A DNA stretch of 64,000 nt from assembly GCA_964016885.1 (NCBI GenBank), contig OZ024757.1, positions 13,020,001 through 13,084,000 of the forward strand. The letters are read 5' to 3'. Position numbers and translations under genes: made by a program. Shown one piece after another: positions 1 to 12,142 of the stretch (position 1 is its first letter; every line of letters starts with the position of its first letter). Below the pieces are notes generated by a model. It did not search any database. It worked only from the letters and a program-made list of their open reading frames with translations, and was not told where the DNA came from. This DNA is from Eledone cirrhosa. Lineage: Eukaryota.

Positions 1-319
1 ACCTAAAAAAATCAATATTTGAAATCAGATATAAATATTTATAAAAAAATTGATTATATAAGGTTTTCGAAAAAAATTAATATGCGTTTTTCAAATTGCG
101 TTTTTCGAAATATTAACTTCTGATTTCGAAAACTTATTTTTTTAGGTTTTTCGAAAAAAATTTAATCTGCAAAATTTGAAACCAGTAAGTTTCGAAAGAT
201 TTGTAAAAGCATGTTTTTTTTACGTTTTCGAAACATGCAAAAAAATCAGAAAAAGATTAATACAGAAGTATATATTTCGACTATGAACTCACATTCATTC
301 TTTTTCGAAAAACCTAAAA

Positions 320-420
320 AAATTGATTATATAAGGTTTTCGAAAAACCTAAAAAAAATCAATATTTGATTTCAAATATTGATTTTTTTAGGTTTTTCGA
401 AAACCTTATATAATCAATTT
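320..420. repeat. ~100-bp near-perfect palindrome (type I), ~50-bp arms, 2-nt spacer
   Basis: AAATTGATTATATAAGGTTTTCGAAAAACCTAAAAAAAATCAATATTTGA-TT-TCAAATATTGATTTTTTTAGGTTTTTCGAAAACCTTATATAATCAATTT. The arms differ only by A8 versus T7. Confidence 0.95.
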
Positions 421-699
421 ATAAAAAAATTGATTATATAAGGTTTTCGAAAAAAATTAATATGCGTTTTTCAAATTGCGTTTTTCGAAATATTAACTTC
501 TGATTTCGAAAACTTATTTTTTTAGGTTTTTCGAAAAAAATTTAATCTTCAAAATTTGAAACCAGTAAGTTTCGAAAGATTTGTAAAAGCATGTTTTTTT
601 TACGTTTTCGAAACATGCAAAAAAATCAGAAAAAGATTAATACAGAAGTATATATTTCGACTATGAACTCACATTCATTCTTTTTCGAAAAACCTAAAA

Positions 700-800
700 A
701 AATTGATTATATAAGGTTTTCGAAAAACCTAAAAAAAATCAATATTTGATTTCAAATATTGATTTTTTTAGGTTTTTCGAAAACCTTATATAATCAATTT
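700..800. repeat. Type I palindrome, copy 2
   Basis: Same sequence as 320-420, offset 380. Confidence 0.95.
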
Positions 801-2169
801 ATAAAAAAATTGATTATATAAGGTTTTCGAAAAAAATTAATATGCGTTTTTCAAATTGCGTTTTTCGAAATATTAACTTCTGATTTCGAAAACTTATTTT
901 TTTAGGTTTTTCGAAAAAAATTTAATCTTCAAAATTTGAAACCAGAGAGTTTCGAAAGATTTGTAAAAGCATGTTTTTTTTACGTTTTCGAAACATGCAA
1001 AAAATCAGAAAAAGATTAATACAGAAGTATATATTTCGACTATGAACTCACATTCATTCTTTTTCGAAAAACCTAAAAAAATTGATTATATAAGGTTTTC
1101 GAAAAACCTAAAAAAATCAATATTTGAAATCAGATATAAATATTTATAAAAAAATTGATTATATAAGGTTTTCGAAAAAAATTAATATGCGTTTTTCAAA
1201 TTGCGTTTTTCGAAATATTAACTTCTGATTTCGAAAACTTATTTTTTTAGGTTTTTCGAAAAAAATTTAATCTGCAAAATTTGAAACCAGAAAGTAGATA
1301 TTTCGAAAGATTTGTAAAACCATTAATTTTTTACGTTTTTTTTTAGATTTCGAAACATGCAAAATGTAAAAAGATTAATACAGAAACATGAAAAATGTAA
1401 AAAGATTAATACAGAAGTATATATTTCGACTATGAACTCAGATTCATTCTTTTTCGAAAAACCTAAAAAAATTGATTATATAAGGTTTTCGAAAAACCTA
1501 AAAATATCAATATTTGAAATCAGATATAAATATTTATAAAAAAAATTGATTATATAAGGTTTTCGAAAAAAAATTAATATGCGTTTTTCAAATTGCGTTT
1601 TTCGAAATATTAACTTCTGATTTCGAAAACTGATTTTTTTAGGTTTTTCGAAAAAAATTTAATCTGCAAAATTTGAAACCAGAAAGTAGATATTTCGAAA
1701 GATTTGTAAAAGCATTAATTTTTTACTTTTTTTTAGATTTCGAAAATGCTAACAATCAGAAAAACGTAAAAAGATTAATGCAGAAGTATATATTTCGACT
1801 ATGAACTCACATTCATTCTTTTTCGAAAAACCTAAAAAAATTGATATTTGAAATCAGATATAAATATTTCTAAAAGTATAAAAAAATTGATTATATAAAA
1901 AAATATTGATTATATAAAAAATATTGATTATATAAAAAAATTATTTTTCGAAAAAAAATTAATATGCGTTATTCAAGTTGCGTTTTTCGAAATATAAACT
2001 TCTGATTTCGAAAACTTATTTTTTCAGGTTTTTCGAAAAAAATTTAATCTGCAAAATTTGAAACCAGAAAGTAAATATTTCGAAAGATTTGTAAAAGCAT
2101 GTTTTTTTTACGTTTTCGAAACATGCAAAAAATCAGAAAAAGATTAATACAGAAGTATATATTTCGACT

Positions 2170-3800
2170 ATGAACTCACATTCATTCTTTTTCGAAAAAC
2201 CTAAAAAAATCAATATTTGAAATCAGATATAAATATTTATAAAAAAATTGATTATATAAGGTTTTCGAAAAAAATTAATATGCGTTTTTCAAATTGCGTT
2301 TTTCGAAATATTAACTTCTGATTTCGAAAACTTATTTTTTTAGGTTTTTCGAAAAAAATTTAATCTGCAAAATTTGAAACCAGAAAGTAGATATTTCGAA
2401 AGATTTGTAAAATCATTAATTTTTTACGTTTTTTTTTAGATTTCGAAACATGCAAAATGTAAAAAGATTAATACAGAAACATGAAAAATGTAAAAAGATT
2501 AATACAGAAGTATATATTTCGACTATGAACTCAGATTCATTCTTTTTCGAAAAACCTAAAAAAATTGATTATATAAGGTTTTCGAAAAACCTAAAAATAT
2601 CAATATTTGAAATCAGATATAAATATTTATAAAAAAATTGATTATCGAAAAAAAATTAATATGCCTTTTTCAAATTGCGTTTTTCGAAATATTAACTTCT
2701 GATTTCGAAAACTGATTTTTTTAGGTTTTTCGAAAAAAATTTAATCTGCAAAATTTGAAACCAGAAAGTAGATATTTCGAAAGATTTGTAAAAGCATTAA
2801 TTTTTTACGTTTTTTTTAGATTTCGAAAATGCTAACAATCAGAAAAACGTAAAAAGATTAATGCAGAAGTATATATTTCGACTATGAACTCACATTCATT
2901 CTTTTTCGAAAAACCTAAAAAAATCAATATTTGAAATCAGATATAAATATTTATAAAAAAATTGATTATATAAGGTTTTCGAAAAAAATTAATATGCGTT
3001 TTTCAAATTGCGTTTTTCGAAATATTAACTTCTGATTTCGAAAACTTATTTTTTTAGGTTTTTCGAAAAAAATTTAATCTGCAAAATTTGAAACCAGAAA
3101 GTAGATATTTCGAAAGATTTGTAAAATCATTAATTTTTTACGTTTTTTTTTAGATTTCGAAACATGCAAAATGTAAAAAGATTAATACAGAAACATGAAA
3201 AATGTAAAAAGATTAATACAGAAGTATATATTTCGACTATGAACTCAGATTCATTCTTTTTCGAAAAACCTAAAAAAATTGATTATATAAGGTTTTCGAA
3301 AAACCTAAAAATATCAATATTTGAAATCAGATATAAATATTTATAAAAAAATTGATTATCGAAAAAAAATTAATATGCCTTTTTCAAATTGCGTTTTTCG
3401 AAATATTAACTTCTGATTTCGAAAACTGATTTTTTTAGGTTTTTCAAAAAAAATTTAATCTGCAAAATTTGAAACCAGAAAGTAGATATTTCGAAAGATT
3501 TGTAAAAGCATTAATTTTTTACGTTTTTTTTAGATTTCGAAAATGCTAACAATCAGAAAAACGTAAAAAGATTAATGCAGAAGTATATATTTCGACTATG
3601 AACTCACATTCATTCTTTTTCGAAAAACCTAAAAAAATCAATATTTGAAATCAGATATAAATATTTATAAAAAAATTGATTATATAAGGTTTTCGAAAAA
3701 AATTAATATGCGTTTTTCAAATTGCGTTTTTCGAAATATTAACTTCTGATTTCGAAAACTTATTTTTTTAGGTTTTTCGAAAAAAATTTAATCTGCAAAA
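2170..3800. repeat. Local tandem duplication of a 714-bp dimer
   Basis: Landmark ORFs at 2450/3164 and the variants AAATCATTAA, GATTATCGAA and ATGCCTTTTT recur at +714. Ends are approximate. Confidence 0.8.
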
Positions 3801-6008
3801 TTTGAAACCAGAAAGTTTCGAAAGATTTGTAAAAGCATGTTTTTTTTACGTTTTCGAAACATGCAGAAAATCAGAAAAAGATTAATACAGAAGTATATAT
3901 TTCGACTATGAACTCACATTCATTCTTTTTCGAAAAACCTAAAAAAATTGATTATATAAGGTTTTCGAAAAACCTAAAAAAATCAATATTTGAAATCAGA
4001 TATAAATATTTATAAAAAAATTGATTATATAAGGTTTTCGAAAAAAATTAATATGCGTTTTTCAAATTGCGTTTTTCGAAATATTAACTTCTGATTTCGA
4101 AAACTTATTTTTTTAGGTTTTTCGAAAAAAATTTAATCTGCAAAATTTGAAACCAGAAAGTTTCGAAAGATTTGTAAAAGCATGTTTTTTTTACGTTTTC
4201 GAAACATGCAAAAAATCAGAAAAAGATTAATACAGAAGTATATATTTCGACTATGAACACACATTCATTCTTTTTCGAAAAACCTAAAAAAATTGATTAT
4301 ATAAGGTTTTCGAAAAACCTAAAAAAATCAATATTTGAAATCAGATATAAATATTTCTAAAAGTATAAAAAAAATTGATTATATAAGGTTTTCGAAAAAA
4401 AATTAATATGCGTTTTTCAAATTGCGTTTTTCGAACTTCTGATTTCGAAAACTGATTTTTTTAGGTTTTTCGAAAAAAATTTAATCTGCAAAATTTGAAA
4501 CCAGAAAGTAGATATTTCGAAAGATTTGTAAAAGCATTAATTTTTTACGTTTTTTATTAGATTTCGAAACATGCAAAATGTAAAAAGATTAATACAGAAA
4601 CATGAAAAATGTAAAAAGATTAATACAGAAGTATATATTTCGACTATGAACTCAGATTCATTCTTTTTCGAAAAACCTAAAAAAATTGATTATATAAGGT
4701 TTTCGAAAAACCTAAAAAAATCAATATTTGAAATCAGATATAAATATTTATAAAAAAATTGATTATATAAGGTTTTCAAAAAAAATTAATATGCGTTTTT
4801 CAAATTGCGTTTTTCGAAATATTAACTTCTGATTTCGAAAACTTATTTTTTTAGGTTTTTCGAAAAAAATTTAATCTGCAAAATTTGAAACCAGAAAGTA
4901 AATATTTCGAAAGATTTGTAAAAGCATGTTTTTTTTACGTTTTCGAAACATGCAAAAAATCAGAAAAAGATTAATACAGAAGTATATATTTCGACTATGA
5001 ACTCACATTCATTCTTTTTCGAAAAACCTAAAAAAATCAATATTTGAAATCAGATATAAATATTTATAAAAAAATTGATTATATAAGGTTTTCGAAAAAA
5101 ATTAATATGCGTTTTTCAAATTGCGTTTTTCGAAATATTAACTTCTGATTTCGAAAACTTATTTTTTTAGGTTTTTCGAAAAAAATTTAATCTGCAAAAT
5201 TTGAAACCAGAAAGTTTCGAAAGATTTGTAAAAGCATGTTTTTTTTACGTTTTCGAAACATGCAAAAAATCAGAAAAAGATTAATACAGAAGTATATATT
5301 TCGACTATGAACTCAGATTCATTCTTTTTCGAAAAACCTAAAAAAATTGATTATATAAGGTTTTCGAAAAACCTAAAAAAATCAATATTTGAAATCAGAT
5401 ATAAATATTTCTAAAAGTATAAAAAAAATTGATTATATAAGGTTTTCGAAAAAAAATTAATATGCGTTTTTCAAATTGCGTTTTTCGAACTTCTGATTTC
5501 GAAAACTTATTTTTTTAGGTTTTTCGAAAAAAATTTAATCTGCAAAATTTGAAACCAGAAAGTAAATATTTCGAAAGATTTGTAAAAGCATGTTTTTTTT
5601 ACGTTTTCGAAACATGCAAAAAATCAGAAAAAGATTAATACAGAAGTATATATTTCGACTATGAACTCACATTCATTCTTTTTCGAAAAACCTAAAAAAA
5701 TCAATATTTGAAATCAGATATAAATATTTATAAAAAAATTGATTATATAAGGTTTTCGAAAAAAATTAATATGCGTTTTTCAAATTGCGTTTTTCGAAAT
5801 ATTAACTTCTGATTTCGAAAACTTATTTTTTTAGGTTTTTCGAAAAAAATTTAATCTGCAAAATTTGAAACCAGTAAGTTTCGAAAGATTTGTAAAAGCA
5901 TGTTTTTTTTACGTTTTCGAAACATGCAAAAAAATCAGAAAAAGATTAATACAGAAGTATATATTTCGACTATGAACTCACATTCATTCTTTTTCGAAAA
6001 ACCTAAAA

Positions 6009-6109
6009 AAATTGATTATATAAGGTTTTCGAAAAACCTAAAAAAAATCAATATTTGATTTCAAATATTGATTTTTTTAGGTTTTTCGAAAACCTTATAT
6101 AATCAATTT
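6009..6109. repeat. Type I palindrome, copy 3
   Basis: Same sequence as 320-420. Confidence 0.95.
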
Positions 6110-9100
6110 ATAAAAAAATTGATTATATAAGGTTTTCGAAAAAAATTAATATGCGTTTTTCAAATTGCGTTTTTCGAAATATTAACTTCTGATTTCGAAA
6201 ACTTATTTTTTTAGGTTTTTCGAAAAAAATTTAATCTTCAAAATTTGAAACCAGTTTCGAAAGATTTGTAAAAGCATGTTTTTTTTACGTTTTCGAAACA
6301 TGCAAAAAATCAGAAAAAGATTAATACAGAAGTATATATTTCGACTATGAACTCACATTCATTCTTTTTCGAAAAACCTAAAAAAATTGATTATATAAGG
6401 TTTTCGAAAAACCTAAAAAAATCAATATTTGAAATCAGATATAAATATTTATAAAAAAATTGATTATATAAGGTTTTCGAAAAAAATTAATATGCGTTTT
6501 TCAAATTGCGTTTTTCGAAATATTAACTTCTGATTTCGAAAACTTATTTTTTTAGGTTTTTCGAAAAAAATTTAATCTGCAAAATTTGAAACCAGAAAGT
6601 AGATATTTCGAAAGATTTGTAAAAGCATTAATTTTTTACGTTTTTTTTTAGATTTCGAAACATGCAAAATGTAAAAAGATTAATACAGAAACATGAAAAA
6701 TGTAAAAAGATTAATACAGAAGTATATATTTCGACTATGAACTCAGATTCATTCTTTTTCGAAAAACCTAAAAAAATTGATTATATAAGGTTTTCGAAAA
6801 ACCTAAAAATATCAATATTTGAAATCAGATATAAATATTTATAAAAAAAATTGATTATATAAGGTTTTCGAAAAAAAATTAATATGCGTTTTTCAAATTG
6901 CGTTTTTCGAAATATTAACTTCTGATTTCGAAAACTGATTTTTTTAGGTTTTTCGAAAAAAATTTAATCTGCAAAATTTGAAACCAGAAAGTAGATATTT
7001 CGAAAGATTTGTAAAAGCATTAATTTTTTACTTTTTTTTAGATTTCGAAAATGCTAACAATCAGAAAAACGTAAAAAGATTAATGCAGAAGTATATATTT
7101 CGACTATGAACTCACATTCATTCTTTTTCGAAAAACCTAAAAAAATTGATTATATAAGGTTTTCGAAAAACCTAAAAAAATCAATATTTGAAATCAGATA
7201 TAAATATTTATAAAAAAATTGATTATATAAGGTTTTCGAAAAAAATTAATATGCGTTTTTCAAATTGCGTTTTTCGAAATATTAACTTCTGATTTCGAAA
7301 ACTTATTTTTTTAGGTTTTTCGAAAAAAATTTAATCTGCAAAATTTGAAACCAGAAAGTAGATATTTCGAAAGATTTGTAAAAGCATTAATTTTTTACGT
7401 TTTTTTTTAGATTTCGAAACATGCAAAATGTAAAAAGATTAATACAGAAACATGAAAAATGTAAAAAGATTAATACAGAAGTATATATTTCGACTATGAA
7501 CTCAGATTCATTCTTTTTCGAAAAACCTAAAAAAATTGATTATATAAGGTTTTCGAAAAACCTAAAAATATCAATATTTGAAATCAGATATAAATATTTA
7601 TAAAAAAAATTGATTATATAAGGTTTTCGAAAAAAAATTAATATGCGTTTTTCAAATTGCGTTTTTCGAAATATTAACTTCTGATTTCGAAAACTGATTT
7701 TTTTAGGTTTTTCGAAAAAAATTTAATCTGCAAAATTTGAAACCAGAAAGTAGATATTTCGAACGAAAATGCTAACAATCAGAAAAACGTAAAAAGATTA
7801 ATGCAGAAGTATATATTTCGACTATGAACTCACATTCATTCTTTTTCGAAAAACCTAAAAAAATTGATATTTGAAATCAGATATAAATATTTCTAAAAGT
7901 ATAAAAAAATTGATTATATAAAAAAATATTGATTATATAAAAAATATTGATTATATAAAAAAATTATTTTTCGAAAAAAAATTAATATGCGTTATTCAAG
8001 TTGCGTTTTTCGAAATATAAACTTCTGATTTCGAAAACTTATTTTTTCAGGTTTTTCGAAAAAAATTTAATCTGCAAAATTTGAAACCAGAAAGTAAATA
8101 TTTCGAAAGATTTGTAAAAGCATGTTTTTTTTACGTTTTCGAAACATGCAAAAAATCAGAAAAAGATTAATACAGAAGTATATATTTCGACTATGAACTC
8201 ACATTCATTCTTTTTCGAAAAACCTAAAAAAATCAATATTTGAAATCAGATATAAATATTTATAAAAAAATTGATTATATAAGGTTTTCGAAAAAAATTA
8301 ATATGCGTTTTTCAAATTGCGTTTTTCGAAATATTAACTTCTGATTTCGAAAACTTATTTTTTTAGGTTTTTCGAAAAAAATTTAATCTGCAAAATTTGA
8401 AACCAGAAAGTAGATATTTCGAAAGATTTGTAAAATCATTAATTTTTTACGTTTTTTTTTAGATTTCGAAACATGCAAAATGTAAAAAGATTAATACAGA
8501 AACATGAAAAATGTAAAAAGATTAATACAGAAGTATATATTTCGACTATGAACTCAGATTCATTCTTTTTCGAAAAACCTAAAAAAATTGATTATATAAG
8601 GTTTTCGAAAAACCTAAAAATATCAATATTTGAAATCAGATATAAATATTTATAAAAAAATTGATTATCGAAAAAAAATTAATATGCCTTTTTCAAATTG
8701 CGTTTTTCGAAATATTAACTTCTGATTTCGAAAACTGATTTTTTTAGGTTTTTCGAAAAAAATTTAATCTGCAAAATTTGAAACCAGAAAGTAGATATTT
8801 CGAAAGATTTGTAAAAGCATTAATTTTTTACGTTTTTTTTAGATTTCGAAAATGCTAACAATCAGAAAAACGTAAAAAGATTAATGCAGAAGTATATATT
8901 TCGACTATGAACTCACATTCATTCTTTTTCGAAAAACCTAAAAAAATCAATATTTGAAATCAGATATAAATATTTATAAAAAAATTGATTATATAAGGTT
9001 TTCGAAAAAAATTAATATGCGTTTTTCAAATTGCGTTTTTCGAAATATTAACTTCTGATTTCGAAAACTTATTTTTTTAGGTTTTTCGAAAAAAATTTAA

Positions 9101-12041
9101 TCTGCAAAATTTGAAACCAGAAAGTTTCGAAAGATTTGTAAAAGCATGTTTTTTTTACGTTTTCGAAACATGCAAAAAATCAGAAAAAGATTAATACAGA
9201 AGTATATATTTCGACTATGAACTCACATTCATTCTTTTTCGAAAAACCTAAAAAAATTGATTATATAAGGTTTTCGAAAAACCTAAAAAAATCAATATTT
9301 GAAATCAGATATAAATATTTCTAAAAGTATAAAAAAAATTGATTATATAAGGTTTTCGAAAAAAAATTAATATGCGTTTTTCAAATTGCGTTTTTCGAAC
9401 TTCTGATTTCGAAAACTGATTTTTTTAGGTTTTTCGAAAAAAATTTAATCTGCAAAATTTGAAACCAGAAAGTAGATATTTCGAAAGATTTGTAAAAGCA
9501 TTAATTTTTTACGTTTTTTATTAGATTTCGAAACATGCAAAATGTAAAAAGATTAATACAGAAACATGAAAAATGTAAAAAGATTAATACAGAAGTATAT
9601 ATTTCGACTATGAACTCAGATTCATTCTTTTTCGAAAAACCTAAAAAAATTGATTATATAAGGTTTTCGAAAAACCTAAAAAAATCAATATTTGAAATCA
9701 GATATAAATATTTATAAAAAAATTGATTATATAAGGTTTTCAAAAAAAATTAATATGCGTTTTTCAAATTGCGTTTTTCGAAATATTAACTTCTGATTTC
9801 GAAAACTTATTTTTTTAGGTTTTTCGAAAAAAATTTAATCTGCAAAATTTGAAACCAGAAAGTAAATATTTCGAAAGATTTGTAAAAGCATGTTTTTTTT
9901 ACGTTTTCGAAACATGCAAAAAATCAGAAAATCAGATGCAAAAAATCACATGCAAAAAATCAGAAGTATATATTTCGACTATGAACTCACATTCATTCTT
10001 TTTCGAAAAACCTAAAAAAATCAATATTTGAAATCAGATATAAATATTTATAAAAAAATTGATTATATAAGGTTTTCGAAAAAAATTAATATGCGTTTTT
10101 CAAATTGCGTTTTTCGAAATATTAACTTCGAAAACTTATTTTTTTAGGTTTTTCGAAAAAAATTTAATCTGCAAAATTTGAAACCAGAAAGTTTCGAAAA
10201 AAAATCAGAAAAAGATTAATACAGAAGTATATATTTCGACTATGAACTCACATTCATTCTTTTTCGAAAAACCTAAAAAAATTGATTATATAAGGTTTTC
10301 GAAAAACCTAAAAAAATCAATATTTGAAATCAGATATAAATATTTCTAAAAGTATAAAAAAATTGATTATATAAAAAAATATTGATTATATAAAAAATAT
10401 TGATTATATAAAAAAATTATTTTTCGAAAAAAAATTAATATGCGTTTTTCAAGTTACGTTTTTCGAAATATTAACTTCTGATTTCGAAAACTGAATTTTT
10501 TAGGTTTTTCGAAAAAAATTTAATCTGCAAAATTTGAAACCAGAAAGTAGATATTTCGAAAGATTTGTAAAAGCATTAATTTTTTACGTTTTTTTTTAGA
10601 TTTCGAAACATGCAAAATGTAAAAAGATTAATACAGAAACATGAAAAATGTAAAAAGATTAATACAGAAGTATATATTTCGACTATGAACTCAGATTCAT
10701 TCTTTTTCGAAAAACCTAAAAAAATTGATTATATAAGGAAAAACCTAAAAAAATCAATATTTGAAATCAGATATAAATATTTATAAAAAAATTGATTATA
10801 TAAGATTTTCAAAAAAAATTAATATGCGTTTTTCAAATTGCGTTTTTCGAAATATTAACTTCTGATTTCGAAAACTTATTTTTTTAGGTTTTTCGAAAAA
10901 AATTTAATCTGCAAAATTTGAAACCAGAAAGTAAATATTTCGAAAGATTTGTAAAAGCATGTTTTTTTTACGTTTTCGAAACATGCAAAAAATCAGAAAA
11001 AGATTAATACAGAAGTATATATTTCGACTATGAACTCACATTCATTCTTTTTCGAAAAACCTAAAAAAATCAATATTTGAAATCAGATATAAATATTTAT
11101 AAAAAAATTGATTATATAAGGTTTTCGAAAAAAATTAATATGCGTTTTTCAAATTGCGTTTTTCGAAATATTAACTTCTGATTTCGAAAACTTATTTTTT
11201 TAGGTTTTTCGAAAAAAATTTAATCTGCAAAATTTGAAACCAGAAAGTTTCGAAAGATTTGTAAAAGCATGTTTTTTTTACGTTTTCGAAACATGCAAAA
11301 AATCAGAAAAAGATTAATACAGAAGTATATATTTCGACTATGAACTCAGATTCATTCTTTTTCGAAAAACCTAAAAAAATTGATTATATAAGGTTTTCGA
11401 AAAACCTAAAAAAATCAATATTTGAAATCAGATATAAATATTTCTAAAAGTATAAAAAAAATTGATTATATAAGGTTTTCGAAAAAAAATTAATATGCGT
11501 TTTTCAAATTGCGTTTTTCGAACTTCTGATTTCGAAAACTGATTTTTTTAGGTTTTTCGAAAAAAATTTAATCTGCAAAATTTGAAACCAGAAAGTAAAT
11601 ATTTCGAAAGATTTGTAAAAGCATGTTTTTTTTACGTTTTCGAAACATGCAAAAAATCAGAAAAAGATTAATACAGAAGTATATATTTCGACTATGAACT
11701 CACATTCATTCTTTTTCGAAAAACCTAAAAAAATCAATATTTGAAATCAGATATAAATATTTATAAAAAAATTGATTATATAAGGTTTTCGAAAAAAATT
11801 AATATGCGTTTTTCAAATTGCGTTTTTCGAAATATTAACTTCTGATTTCGAAAACTTATTTTTTTAGGTTTTTCGAAAAAAATTTAATCTGCAAAATTTG
11901 AAACCAGTAAGTTTCGAAAGATTTGTAAAAGCATGTTTTTTTTTACGTTTTCGAAACATGCAAAAAATCAGAAAAAGATTAATACAGAAGTATATATTTC
12001 GACTATGAACTCACATTCATTCTTTTTCGAAAAACCTAAAA

Positions 12042-12142
12042 AAATTGATTATATAAGGTTTTCGAAAAACCTAAAAAAAATCAATATTTGATTTCAAATA
12101 TTGATTTTTTTAGGTTTTTCGAAAACCTTATATAATCAATTT
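12042..12142. repeat. Type I palindrome, copy 4
   Basis: Same sequence as 320-420. Confidence 0.95.

Noticed and set aside
320-420. Palindromes as rho-independent terminators or transposon terminal inverted repeats
   Set aside because: The stems are AT-rich, there is no upstream gene, internal ORF or target-site duplication, and they are fully explained as inverted copies of adjacent satellite sequence.
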